Assembly: GCA_963749705.1 (NCBI GenBank)
Contig: CAVVNQ010000002.1
Span: forward strand, 64,001-128,000
DNA length: 64,000 nt
Origin: an uncultured Chloroflexia bacterium
GTDB lineage: Bacteria > Chloroflexota > Limnocylindria > Limnocylindrales > CSP1-4
Direction of reading: 5' to 3'
The notes beneath the pieces are model-generated. The model was not told the DNA's origin, searched no databases, and was given only the letters and a program-made list of their open reading frames with translations. The position numbers were made by a program, and so were the translations under genes. How positions within the stretch are numbered: position 1 is the stretch's first letter; every line of letters starts with the position of its first letter. Shown piece by piece: positions 38,448-48,211 of this stretch.

Positions 38448-40750
38448 GCGACCGCCGCGCGGTCGCGAGCGCCGGCCTCAAGGGCGTCGAGCAGCCGGAG
38501 CGCGAGCGCCTTGCCGTCCACGTCGGGCTCCAGCCGGGGGCCGGTGCAGGCCGGACAGCCCGCATCGCAGGGGCACGCCCGGATCAGCTCGGCGGCCCCC
38601 GCGACCAGCTCGTCGTGTCGCGCGAACAGCCGCTCCGACAGGCCGACCCCACCCGGCATCGCCTCGTACAGGTAGATCGTCGGGGCTTCGTGGTGGGGTG
38701 ACCGGACCTGGGAGACGAGCCCCAGGTCCCGCGGATCGACCATCAGCAGGACGGCGGCCACGGCCTGGATCGCGCGCCCGGCGCCGATCAGCGCGACATC
38801 GAGCTGATCCCGGCGCCAGCCGGTCGCCGCGGTCTCGGCCGTCAGCCAGTAGGCGGTGGTCTGGAGCTCGAGCTCCGGCAGGTCGATCGGTCCCCAGCCG
38901 ACGTTCTCGTCGGTGATGAACTTGAGCTTCTTGTACAGCGTCACGAGGCTCGCGACCATGACCTCGCCGTGCACCCGGGTGCCCCCGACGGCCGGCGCGG
39001 CGGCGAACACGTCGAGCGGCTTGAGGGTCACCGCCCGATTGGCGTAGGTGTAGTGGTCGGCATCGATCCGGTGGACGTACGCCTTGCGCTCGCCCCATTC
39101 CAGCCGGTCCACGTGGTACTGGACGGAATCGTGCATGTAGATCGCGTGCTCGTGGACGAGGACCTGGGCCGAGAACAGGTCAACCTCGCCCAGCACGCGC
39201 GGCCGGTCCGGGCTGGTGTCGATGATCACGACGTTCTCGGGTGCCGCGGACCGCAGCGAGATCTCCGACGCCGGGAAGTTCTCCGAGCTCCAGTACCAGC
39301 GCCCGTCGTCTGCCTGGCGCACCTGCCCGCCCTCGCCCAGGTAGGCGAGCAGGTCGTCCGCGGGGCCGGGTCCGAACCACTCGCCCGGCTCGAACGGCAG
39401 CTCGAACGTGGCCGCGCGGATGTGCGCGAGCAGGACGTGGAGGTTGTCCGGGTCAAGCCGCGCCTCCTCGGGGCTCCCGCCGAGGACGAACTCCGGGTGG
39501 TGGATCACGTACTGGTCCACGGGCGCCGCCGACGCGACCACGATCGCGACGCTGACGTCGCCTCGCCGGCCGGCGCGGCCCATCTGCTGCCAGGTGCCGG
39601 CGATCGAGCCCGGGTACCCGGCCAGCACCGCGACGTCGAGCCGGCCGATGTCGACGCCCAGCTCGAGGGCGTTGGTGCTGACGACGCCCAGGATCTCGCC
39701 GTCCCGCAGCCCACGTTCGATGGACCGCCGCTCGGTGGGCAGGTAGCCGCCTCGATAGCCGCGGACGCGGCTGCGCGGCCCCAGGTCCAGTCGCAGTGCC
39801 TCCCGCAGGTTCGAGAGCATGATCTCGACGGCGACCCGGGACTTGCCGAACACGACGGTCTGGCGTCCCGCCCGCAGGAACGGCAGCGCCCAGCGTTCCG
39901 CGAGGGTCAGGGCCGAGCCGCGCGCGCCGGTCGACCCGTCCAGGATCGGCGGATCCACCAGCAGGACGTGCTTCTCACCCGACGGCGCCCCGTTGCGGTC
40001 GATGAGGCGCGACGGCCGGCCGGTCAGCGTCCGGGCGAGCTCCGCCGGGTTGCCGATGGTCGCCGAGCAGCACACGATGACCGGGTGGCTGCCGTAGTGG
40101 GCGCACAGCCGCAGCAGGCGCCGCAGGACGTTCGCGACGTGGCTGCCGAACACGCCCCGGTACGTGTGCAGCTCGTCGATCACGATCACGCGCAGCTGCT
40201 CGAACAGCTGGAACCATTTGGTGTGGTGGGGGAGGATGGCCGAATGGAGCATGTCCGGGTTGGTCACCACGACCTGGCCGGCCTTGCGCACGGCCGAGCG
40301 GATCGGTGCCGGCGTGTCCCCGTCGTAGCAGGCCGATGACACCTCGAGGCCGGCGTCGCGCACGAGCTCCGACAGCTCCGCCACCTGGTCCTGGCCGAGC
40401 GCCTTGGTGGGAAACAGGAACAGCGCCCGTGCGGACGGGTCCTCGGCGAGCGCCTGCAGCACCGGGACCGTGTAGCACAGCGACTTGCCGGACGCGGTGG
40501 GCGTGACCACGACGACGTCCTCGCCTGCGTGGACGGCCTCGATCGCATCCGCCTGGTGGACGTAGGGCCGCTCGATCCCGCGCTTCGCGAGGCCGCCGCG
40601 GATCCTGGGGTCCAGCCACTCCGGCCAGTCCGAGAACACCGCATCGCGCGCGGCGAGGATCTCGTGGTGGACGACGCCGCGAGCGAGCGACGGCTCCTCG
40701 AGCAGCCCGTCGAGCACGGTTCTCGTGGGGGTGGGCGCATAGGTTCGCAT
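38444..40750 (-). CDS. mrfA: DEAD/DEAH helicase with DUF1998 Zn domain (MrfA/YprA/SftH/Hrq1 family)
   Basis: TPTASGKS, PTKAL, DELH, SATIGN, ALELGVDIG, QMGRAGR and C-terminal CPCDAGCPAC. Confidence 0.93.
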   Translation of the reverse strand: MRTYAPTPTRTVLDGLLEEPSLARGVVHHEILAARDAVFSDWPEWLDPRIRGGLAKRGIERPYVHQADAIEAVHAGEDVVVVTPTASGKSLCYTVPVLQALAEDPSARALFLFPTKALGQDQVAELSELVRDAGLEVSSACYDGDTPAPIRSAVRKAGQVVVTNPDMLHSAILPHHTKWFQLFEQLRVIVIDELHTYRGVFGSHVANVLRRLLRLCAHYGSHPVIVCCSATIGNPAELARTLTGRPSRLIDRNGAPSGEKHVLLVDPPILDGSTGARGSALTLAERWALPFLRAGRQTVVFGKSRVAVEIMLSNLREALRLDLGPRSRVRGYRGGYLPTERRSIERGLRDGEILGVVSTNALELGVDIGRLDVAVLAGYPGSIAGTWQQMGRAGRRGDVSVAIVVASAAPVDQYVIHHPEFVLGGSPEEARLDPDNLHVLLAHIRAATFELPFEPGEWFGPGPADDLLAYLGEGGQVRQADDGRWYWSSENFPASEISLRSAAPENVVIIDTSPDRPRVLGEVDLFSAQVLVHEHAIYMHDSVQYHVDRLEWGERKAYVHRIDADHYTYANRAVTLKPLDVFAAAPAVGGTRVHGEVMVASLVTLYKKLKFITDENVGWGPIDLPELELQTTAYWLTAETAATGWRRDQLDVALIGAGRAIQAVAAVLLMVDPRDLGLVSQVRSPHHEAPTIYLYEAMPGGVGLSERLFARHDELVAGAAELIRACPCDAGCPACTGPRLEPDVDGKALALRLLDALEAGARDRAAVA

Positions 40751-40894
40751 GGCGGGCTCCCGCGCTGATATCGAACGGATGAGCTATTTGACGCGGAGTG
40801 TACGACACGCTGGCCGGCGGTTGTGACAGGTCCGCTGTCACGACCCGTGCGCGGCCGTGCCATGTGGCCCCTCCAGCGCACGGCAGAGCGCAAG

Positions 40895-40923
40895 TTGACA
40901 GCGGAATCGAGCGCAGCTACCCT
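40895..40923 (+). promoter_or_regulatory. Sigma70-type promoter of a leaderless transcript
   Basis: TTGACA (40895-40900), 17 nt, TACCCT (40918-40923), 7 nt, ATG 40931; no SD. Confidence 0.75.
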
Positions 40924-40930
40924 CGCCCCG

Positions 40931-41467
40931 ATGCCTCGACGCGCCGATCGCCAGACCGCCGCTGACACCGAGCCGGACGCCGTCGAGCCGACGTCACCCG
41001 GACCCACCGGCGCGCCCCTGACGCCGGCTGCCGCGGGCGCGCTGGGGAGCCTCGCGGACCTGCCCGTCGCGGGGCTCACGCGACGCCGCATCGCCCTCCT
41101 GATCGGTGCCCTCGTGGCCGCCTGGGTCCTGGTCCTGTTCGCCCGCCAGGTCGGCGAGGCAGGCGAGGCGACGGCACGCGCGGATGCCGCGCGGATGTCG
41201 AACGCGGCGCTCGCTGCGAACGTGGTCGACCTCCAGCGGGAGCTCCAGCTGATCCAGCGCGACGCGTACATCGAGCAGCAGGCCCGGACCTACCGCCTGG
41301 GGACGCCGCAGGAGATCCCGTTCACGCTGGAGGACGGCGCTCCGTCGCTCGCGCCCGACGCACCCGGTCAGGCCGCCGTGCGCCTGGGCGCCGTCACCAC
41401 GCGGCTCAGCCCGCTCGACGCCTGGCTGGACCTGCTGTTCGGCGCGTCCGCATCGTCCGGGCCCTGA
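40931..41467 (+). CDS. Septum formation initiator (FtsB/DivIC-like)
   Basis: Single TM then coiled coil and YIEQQAR.YRLG..QE.PF. Confidence 0.75.
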   Translation: MPRRADRQTAADTEPDAVEPTSPGPTGAPLTPAAAGALGSLADLPVAGLTRRRIALLIGALVAAWVLVLFARQVGEAGEATARADAARMSNAALAANVVDLQRELQLIQRDAYIEQQARTYRLGTPQEIPFTLEDGAPSLAPDAPGQAAVRLGAVTTRLSPLDAWLDLLFGASASSGP

Positions 41468-41613
41468 CGCGGCCGCCGATCGCCGCCGATTCTCCTTCCC
41501 TCGGCGGCACCTGCAGCCTATCCTGAGTCCATCGCACCGGCGTCACGGACGCGTGCGTCATCGCGCGTCGGCCCTTCGGGCTGCCGTTGCCCGGGAGGAG
41601 GGGTTGGCCACGC

Positions 41614-42168
41614 ATGGTCACGATCGCCGTTGAAGACTGGGTGTTCGGTGTGGCGGCCCTCGTGGGTGGCGTCCTGCTGCTGATCAACGTCGTCCTCGAC
41701 GACGTCATCGGTGGGGTCCTTGACGGAATCGGGATCGATTTCGGGGGCACCTCGATCACCCCCATCCTGCTGGGCTTCGTGGGCATGTTCGGGGCCGGCG
41801 GGCTGTTCGCCACGCAGGTGCTCGATGTCCATGGCGCCCAGGCCGCGATCGTGGGTGTCGTGTCGGGGACGGGCGGCGCCGCGCTGTCCGCAGGCCTGTT
41901 CCGCGTCCTCCAGCGAAGCGAGAGCGGTGAGCCGTTCAATCTGGCCGACCTGGTCGGTGGCTCGGCGTTCGTCAGCGTCGGCATCCCGGCGGGACGCATG
42001 GGCAGCGTGCTGGTGAAGGCCGAGGGGCAGACCCACGAGTTCAGCGCAACAGCCGAGCAGGACGTCGCGGCCGGTCGGACGGTCGCCATCGTGGGCATTG
42101 CCGGCAACGGGCTCATCGTTCGAGAAGTGCCGGCCTCCGCGAGCGCGGCGACCGAGCAGGAGGGGTAG
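41614..42168 (+). CDS. Short NfeD-like protein (TMs plus C-terminal OB-like domain)
   Basis: Three TMs, LVG...G.V...GQ..E domain; upstream of flotillin; GGAGGAGG SD. Confidence 0.82.
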   Translation: MVTIAVEDWVFGVAALVGGVLLLINVVLDDVIGGVLDGIGIDFGGTSITPILLGFVGMFGAGGLFATQVLDVHGAQAAIVGVVSGTGGAALSAGLFRVLQRSESGEPFNLADLVGGSAFVSVGIPAGRMGSVLVKAEGQTHEFSATAEQDVAAGRTVAIVGIAGNGLIVREVPASASAATEQEG

Positions 42169-42172
42169 GGGA

Positions 42173-44284
42173 ATGGACCAGCTGGTCGAAGTCCTGGGCG
42201 GCAGCGTCGTCGCCGTCATCGTCCCGATCATCATCATCGCCCTGCTGTTCGCGTACGCGACGAGCCGGGTCAAGGTCGCCGGTGCCAACGAGGCGCTGGT
42301 CCGCACCGGCGGCGTGTGGGGCGGCGCGCCCGCCCAGCTCAAGGTCGTCCGCGCCGGGCGCGTCATCGTGCTGCCGCTGGTCCACAAGCTGGGTCGCGTC
42401 CACCTCAGCGCCCGCCAGATCAACATCGCGCTCTCGGACGCGGTGACCAAGCAGGGCATCAAGGTCGCCGTCCAGGGTGTCGCGACGGTCAAGATCGGCG
42501 GCGACGACGACTCGATCCGCAATGCCGCCGAGCGCTTCCTCGACAGCGAGCAGCTGCTCGACTCGATCGTCAAGAACGTGCTCGAGGGCTCGCTCCGCTC
42601 GATCGTCGGCACGCTGACCGTCGAGGAGCTCAACTACGACCGGCAGAAGTTCCAGCAGGAGGTCCAGAGCGCGGCCAAGGCCGACCTCGCGACGTCGGGC
42701 CTCGCGATCGACAACTTCACGATCCAGGCGATCCGCGACGAGGTCGGCTACATGGACCTCATCGGCCAGCAGGAGACGGCCCGCCGCGAGCGGGACGCCC
42801 GGATGGCCAAGGCAACGGCCGACCAGGAGGCCGCCGTCCGCGAGGCGGAGTCGCAGCAGATCAAGCTCAATGCCCAGCGCGACGTCGCGCTCCGCCAGGC
42901 CGATGTCGAGGCGCAGACGCAGTCCGCGAACGCGAAGGCGGCACAGGCCGGCCCACTGGCGCAGGCCGAGGCGCAGCAGGAGGTGGTCCGGCGCCAGACC
43001 GAGCTCGCCCAGCTCGAGGCGGACCGGACGCAGAAGGAGCTGATCGCCAGCACCGTCCGACCCGCGGAGGCCGAGGCGGAGGCGCAGGTCCGTCGGGCCG
43101 AGGGCGACAAGGGGGCCCGGATCGCCCAGGCCCAGGCCGAGGCCGAGCGGGTCAAGCTCGCCGGGTCGGCGGAGGCCGCGGTGCAGGTGACCAAGGGCGA
43201 GGCGCTCGCGCGGGTCACGTTCGTCAACGCGGAGGCGGAGGCGAAGAAGACGACCCTCGAGGGCACCGCCGAAGCCGGCATCGTGTTCACCAAGGGCGAG
43301 GCCGAGGCCAAGGCGCTGGCGCTCCGCGCGGATGCGTATCGCCAGTTCAACGAGGCGGCCATCATCACGACCGTCCTGTCGCTGCTGCCGGACATCGTGC
43401 GCGCGGCCGCCGAGCCGCTGGCGTCGATCGACAACCTGACGGTGCTCTCGTCGGACGGCGCCTCGGACGTCGTCAAGACCACCACCCGGACCGTTGCCGA
43501 AGCCGCCACGACCGTCAAGGGACTCACCGGGATCGACGTCCCGCAGCTGCTCAACAACGCACTCGGAACGTCGGCCGCGGGCGCGGGTGCCTCGGCTCCG
43601 GAGCCGCCCCCGGCGTCGCCTGGTCGGACCCGAGCGCGACAGCCACGGCGCGGATCGGGCGGGGGATCGGGCGGTTCCTCGCCCGCGACCGGCGGCTCGG
43701 CCAGGTCGGGCTCGTCAGCTGCGTCCGGTGGTTCGACGTCCGCCGCCGGTCCGACGCCCGCCGACGGCGCCCAGGCCGCACCCGACGCTGCGTCGGCGTC
43801 GCCCGCCGCTGCCGTCGCCGGATCAACGCCGGAGCAGCAGCTCGCGCAGGCCAGCGACGTCATGCGTTCGGCGGCCACGGGCACCGTCACCCCGGGCGCC
43901 GTTACCCCGGGCGCCGTCACCCCGGGCGCCACCGCGCTCGGTGGGCTCACATCGGCCCTGCCACCGCATCCGCCCGTCTCCGACCTCCGCCCCGGTGACA
44001 CGCGGCGGGTCGCCGATGCACCTGCCGCCGGCGCCGGGATCGGGCGAGCGACGACGCTCGATGACGCGGCCGCGCGGCTCGCCCAGGAGCTGAGCCGGAT
44101 CCCGGGGATCGAGCGGTTCGGCACCACCCGGCTGTCAGATCTGGAGCGCAGCGGGCCCAGACCGCTGCGGGCGCTGTGGGGCGCCGCACGCGGCCAGCTC
44201 AAGAGCCGCTACGGCGACCTGACGATCGGGGCGTTGCTCGACCGGTATGAGCACCGCGGAGACGGACCCGGCCAGGCCGGCTGA
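42173..44284 (+). CDS. Flotillin (SPFH plus AEA-repeat coiled coil) with long C-terminal extension
   Basis: AAERFL, LEGSLRSIVGTLTVEE and many AEA repeats; about 240 extra C-terminal residues. Confidence 0.92.
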   Translation: MDQLVEVLGGSVVAVIVPIIIIALLFAYATSRVKVAGANEALVRTGGVWGGAPAQLKVVRAGRVIVLPLVHKLGRVHLSARQINIALSDAVTKQGIKVAVQGVATVKIGGDDDSIRNAAERFLDSEQLLDSIVKNVLEGSLRSIVGTLTVEELNYDRQKFQQEVQSAAKADLATSGLAIDNFTIQAIRDEVGYMDLIGQQETARRERDARMAKATADQEAAVREAESQQIKLNAQRDVALRQADVEAQTQSANAKAAQAGPLAQAEAQQEVVRRQTELAQLEADRTQKELIASTVRPAEAEAEAQVRRAEGDKGARIAQAQAEAERVKLAGSAEAAVQVTKGEALARVTFVNAEAEAKKTTLEGTAEAGIVFTKGEAEAKALALRADAYRQFNEAAIITTVLSLLPDIVRAAAEPLASIDNLTVLSSDGASDVVKTTTRTVAEAATTVKGLTGIDVPQLLNNALGTSAAGAGASAPEPPPASPGRTRARQPRRGSGGGSGGSSPATGGSARSGSSAASGGSTSAAGPTPADGAQAAPDAASASPAAAVAGSTPEQQLAQASDVMRSAATGTVTPGAVTPGAVTPGATALGGLTSALPPHPPVSDLRPGDTRRVADAPAAGAGIGRATTLDDAAARLAQELSRIPGIERFGTTRLSDLERSGPRPLRALWGAARGQLKSRYGDLTIGALLDRYEHRGDGPGQAG

Positions 44285-44305
44285 TCCTGCCCAGGCGTCC
44301 CGCGG

Positions 44306-45010
44306 ATGACGGCGGATCGGGTGAGGTCCCTGCTCCGGGTCGAGGACTTCGTGCTCGGCACGATCGCGCTGATCGGGCTGCCCCTGTTCGACCGGCTCAC
44401 CGGGAGCGCGAGCGGATCAGGCACGCCGGCCGATACCCCGGCGCCGCTCACCGGCGTCATCGGCCTGGTCGCGATCCTCGGGGTGCTCGCGTGCCTGCTC
44501 ACCCGCGGCGCCGGCGAGCCGCCGCCGTTCGGGGACGGCCAGCTGACCCTCCAGGGCTGGGCCCGGTTTCCGCTTGCCGCGGGTGTCGGGATCGTGGGCA
44601 TCGAGACCCTGCCCGGGATCGGGCTGGACGGCGACCCGTTCGTCGGGCTGACGTTCCTGGTCGTGTTCGTGAGCGTCATGGTCCCCGGTCGTCTGCCGGT
44701 CGTCCCGGTCGCGGCACGACGCGCGCTGGTGACCCCGATGGCGATCCTGGCGACGGGCGTCTTCGACCGGATGCTGGGCTCGGGCCTGGGCGACATGGTG
44801 GGCGGGGTCGTGCGCGGCGAGGCACCGCCCGAGCTCGCGGGCTTCCTCCCGCTGATCATCGGCGCGGTTGCGGCGATGTACGCGATGCTCGTCGTGGCGC
44901 CGCGGGCCATCGCGGATCCCGGAGCCGGCGGTGTGGCCTGGGTTGTCCGGTTCCTGTTCCTGCTGGCCGCGCTTGCGACCGGCAACGTCCTGTTCGGGGT
45001 GGTCGGCTAG
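44306..45010 (+). CDS. Hypothetical multi-pass membrane protein
   Basis: About seven hydrophobic segments; starts 21 nt after flotillin. Confidence 0.75.
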   Translation: MTADRVRSLLRVEDFVLGTIALIGLPLFDRLTGSASGSGTPADTPAPLTGVIGLVAILGVLACLLTRGAGEPPPFGDGQLTLQGWARFPLAAGVGIVGIETLPGIGLDGDPFVGLTFLVVFVSVMVPGRLPVVPVAARRALVTPMAILATGVFDRMLGSGLGDMVGGVVRGEAPPELAGFLPLIIGAVAAMYAMLVVAPRAIADPGAGGVAWVVRFLFLLAALATGNVLFGVVG

Positions 45011-46125
45011 GGGAGGATCCGGGCGGCGAGACCCTGCGCCGTCGCGCAGATCGAGGGCGCCGTCACGACGCCGTCGTCGGTGATCCCGAAGTCGGGCGTG
45101 GACCCGTCCGACGGACCGCTCAGGCTCACGTACACCAGCGTGTCGCCCTTGCGCACGAGGACCCCGGCCTGGATCGCCGGGGACACGCCGGTGCAGAACG
45201 CCTCGTCGCCCAGCCCGCTCACGTCGCCCGCGAAGTAGCCACTGTTCTCGACCGAGACCCCGCCCCCCTGATCCTGGGAGGTCGGCGCGGCACGCTGGCG
45301 CTCGGCCTGGAACACGCTCGCCGCATCGCTGCCCTCGTATCTCGCGATGCGGCCGACCGGGGTCGACTCATCGGCCGTGATCCAGCAGTCGTACGCATCG
45401 GGCAGCACGCGCTTGTCGAGGATGATCCCGATCGTCGCGTCATAGAAGCCGGTCAGCTCGATGGCCTCGGCATTGCCCCCCAGCTGGTCGCGGAGCGTCG
45501 CGTTGTCGATGATCGTGCACGCCTTGCCGATCGTCCCATCGCCGTTGACGCCCACCTCGTCGGCGAGCCGGTTGCCGAGGATGACCAGCCCGGCGATCAG
45601 CAGGAAGAACCCGATGGCGCCGATGGCGACCAGGATCAGGATGATCTTGAGGCAGCCGCTGGAGCCCGACGACTGGGCGGGCTGCGGGTTCCAGGTGCCG
45701 GGTGGCTGGCCGCCGGCACCGGGTGCGGCCGGAGAGCCGCCCCAGCCGGGCTGTGGTCCCGACGGAGGCGGTGGCGCGGCCGGGCTCTGGCCCCATCCCG
45801 TTGGGGGCGACGTCGGGGACGGCGGGGCAGCAGGCACGCTGGTCGGTGGCGCGGCCGGCACGGCTGCCGGGGCCGGTGCCTCGACCGGTGCCGACGTGGG
45901 CGGCGATGCGGCCGGTTGGCCCCAGCCAGGAACCTCTCCGCTCGATGGCGTGGGTGCCCCGCCGGATGGTTGAGCGGGGGCCTGACCCCAGCCCGGGATT
46001 GCGCCGCCGGCTGGAGCCGGTGCCGCGGCCGGGGGTTGGGTAGGCGGCGTCTGGTCCGATGGATCCGGTTGTGGCTGGCCCCAGCCGGGAACGGCCCCCG
46101 GCCTCGGCGGTTCAGTCGACATCAT
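45007..46125 (-). CDS. Single-pass protein: Pro-rich GWGQ-repeat N-terminus, TM, Cys-containing domain
   Basis: PGWGQ-like repeats, GCLKIILIL TM, four downstream Cys; GGAGAGG upstream. Confidence 0.8.
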   Translation of the reverse strand: MMSTEPPRPGAVPGWGQPQPDPSDQTPPTQPPAAAPAPAGGAIPGWGQAPAQPSGGAPTPSSGEVPGWGQPAASPPTSAPVEAPAPAAVPAAPPTSVPAAPPSPTSPPTGWGQSPAAPPPPSGPQPGWGGSPAAPGAGGQPPGTWNPQPAQSSGSSGCLKIILILVAIGAIGFFLLIAGLVILGNRLADEVGVNGDGTIGKACTIIDNATLRDQLGGNAEAIELTGFYDATIGIILDKRVLPDAYDCWITADESTPVGRIARYEGSDAASVFQAERQRAAPTSQDQGGGVSVENSGYFAGDVSGLGDEAFCTGVSPAIQAGVLVRKGDTLVYVSLSGPSDGSTPDFGITDDGVVTAPSICATAQGLAARILP

Positions 46126-46405
46126 CCCTCTCCCCGTGGAACGCGATGGTCCGCGGCATTCTGCGCGGTTCCGCGCGTTCGCTCAATCCCCGATCTTGGT
46201 CGTGCGCCGCCGGACCCACGCCGCGATGCCGCTGCCCGCGCACATTTGGTCTCCGTCCTTGGCGCGTCTCGGAGCAGCCGACTCGTCCGCGCGCCAATGC
46301 GGTGAGACGGGGTAGATCGATCAGGTCACGACGGGCGCGTCGAGGCCTCAGGCGTCGGCGCGTCATGCGTGCAGCCGGCGCACCACCTGGCACCGGCGGG
46401 CGAGC

Positions 46406-48211
46406 TCACTCGACGATGCACAGGTCGAAGTGGTCGGATCCCGGCGGTGGGTCCACCCGTATCGTCCAGTGCAGAACCTCGCCCAGGTAGAACGGGCCGA
46501 TGTCGTACCACTGACCAGGCGTCAGATAGCTCGTCCGGACGACGGTGCCAAAGACCGGGGTCAGCACTCGCCCGTAGACCTGAAACGCTCGCTGTCCGTC
46601 CGTGCGCACGAAGATACGCGACGTCGGCACGAGACCACGGAGGACGACGAATGGGTCCGATCCGGTGACGACGTAGGAAGCACACGCTCCGTCCCATTCA
46701 TCGAGCACGAGATGGTGGTGCTCATAGGGGGGCTGAGGACGACTCTGAACCGGAGCTGGCGGCCCGCCCACGAGCCGAGGATCCAGCTGGTCACCGTGCA
46801 ACCGCCCGAGCATCTCGTCCACGGCAACGCGCTCGTCGGGTGTCGCGTGCGTCAGTGTGCCCCCGTCGACCCCGCCCACCTTACCCAGAGCATCGACCGC
46901 GGCATAGTAGTCCCCGGCCGTCAGCCCGAAGAAGAACGACCGGTCGATCACGCGTCGATCAGTCGACGGCGTGATGGCGTCCCGGGTCGCATCGAGGGCG
47001 GCGAGCTCGGCGCGAATCGTGGCTGCGCGCTCTTGCCAGACTGGTTCCGATCGCATCGCCTTGTCGACGTCACCGGCAATGATCGCGAGCACCCACACTC
47101 CGGTCAGGATCCAGAACCGGCCACGATGGGTCGAACGGCGAAGCCTGTCGACGGTCGGCATGATCGCCAACAGGGCTAGAGCAAGCGCCGGATACGCATA
47201 CCGCGGCGCCGCGGCGCCGGTGGCTCCGAATGCGGCTGCCCTGCCCACGCCGATCAGCAGGTAGAGGATAAACAGTCCGCTCGTTGCGCCGACAACGATC
47301 GGGTCCAGCACCCACCTCCGACTCCCGACGACGATGCCGGCAAGCACACACACCATCGCCAGCGCCGGCAGCTGGAACCGGTGGTCGAGGCCGAATAGGG
47401 GGGCCGCAAGGGTCGAGAGTCCCGTCGCGACGAACGGAAGCAGGACCGCCGGATCGACGCCGGTCAGCGTATCCGCGGCCCGCGACCCTTCGCCGAATGC
47501 AAGGAGCCAGGCGACGAAGACGAAGCCACTCGCGGTGGGCCACGCGAGGTCGCGGACAGGCCGTCGGGCAGCAATCATCCAGATCGCCGCGAAGGCGAGC
47601 ATGGCCAGCGCGACCCCGCCGGATGCCAGCGCCAGCACCATGGAGATCGAACCCGTCACCCGCGCCAAGGTTCCGCGCCGCTCCCAGAACACACACGCGA
47701 GCAGTCCGAACGCAACTGGCAGCGTGAAGCTGAGGTTCACGGGCCACAGAAGGACTTCGTCGCTCCAGAAGAACATGAGAAGGAACAGCGAGCCAACAAC
47801 CGCCAGGGTCGGATGGACTCGGGGTCGGAGGAGGACGTAGAGGACGCCTGCCGCAGCCAGGTGACCGCCAACGCCGGCGGCAGCAAGCAGACCGTAGCTA
47901 TGCAGGCCCCGCAGCCAGAATGCCACCTGGTAGACGAGGATCGGCAGCGTCTCCCAGTGAACGTTGTAGGGCGTGAGGAGAGTGTCCGGGGAGATGGCCC
48001 TGCGCCCCAGCACGAACGCCCACTCATCCTGGAAGAACACGAGCCCGCGGACGACGAGCAACAGGTGCAGGCCGACGGCAGTCATGATCACGGCGAGAAC
48101 TGCGAGTGCGACCACGGCCGGACGCGCCAGGGCAGGTGCGAGCCGCTGGAGATGCGATCCAGTCTCGCCGGGCTCTGCCGCGCTCATCGACCGGTCGGCC
48201 ATTGGCGCCAC
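46406..48211 (-). CDS. Multi-pass membrane protein, possibly a GT-C-type glycosyltransferase
   Basis: Ten or more TMs, acidic FQDEW in the first external loop, PRY late motif, soluble C-terminal domain; visibly more A/T at third codon positions. Confidence 0.6.
   Translation of the reverse strand: MAPMADRSMSAAEPGETGSHLQRLAPALARPAVVALAVLAVIMTAVGLHLLLVVRGLVFFQDEWAFVLGRRAISPDTLLTPYNVHWETLPILVYQVAFWLRGLHSYGLLAAAGVGGHLAAAGVLYVLLRPRVHPTLAVVGSLFLLMFFWSDEVLLWPVNLSFTLPVAFGLLACVFWERRGTLARVTGSISMVLALASGGVALAMLAFAAIWMIAARRPVRDLAWPTASGFVFVAWLLAFGEGSRAADTLTGVDPAVLLPFVATGLSTLAAPLFGLDHRFQLPALAMVCVLAGIVVGSRRWVLDPIVVGATSGLFILYLLIGVGRAAAFGATGAAAPRYAYPALALALLAIMPTVDRLRRSTHRGRFWILTGVWVLAIIAGDVDKAMRSEPVWQERAATIRAELAALDATRDAITPSTDRRVIDRSFFFGLTAGDYYAAVDALGKVGGVDGGTLTHATPDERVAVDEMLGRLHGDQLDPRLVGGPPAPVQSRPQPPYEHHHLVLDEWDGACASYVVTGSDPFVVLRGLVPTSRIFVRTDGQRAFQVYGRVLTPVFGTVVRTSYLTPGQWYDIGPFYLGEVLHWTIRVDPPPGSDHFDLCIVE

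Noticed and set aside
38444-40750. DUF1998 helicase as DISARM DrmB or Druantia component
   Set aside because: Full helicase-DUF1998 fusion paired with an RNase H-fold exonuclease matches MrfAB; no other defence genes adjacent
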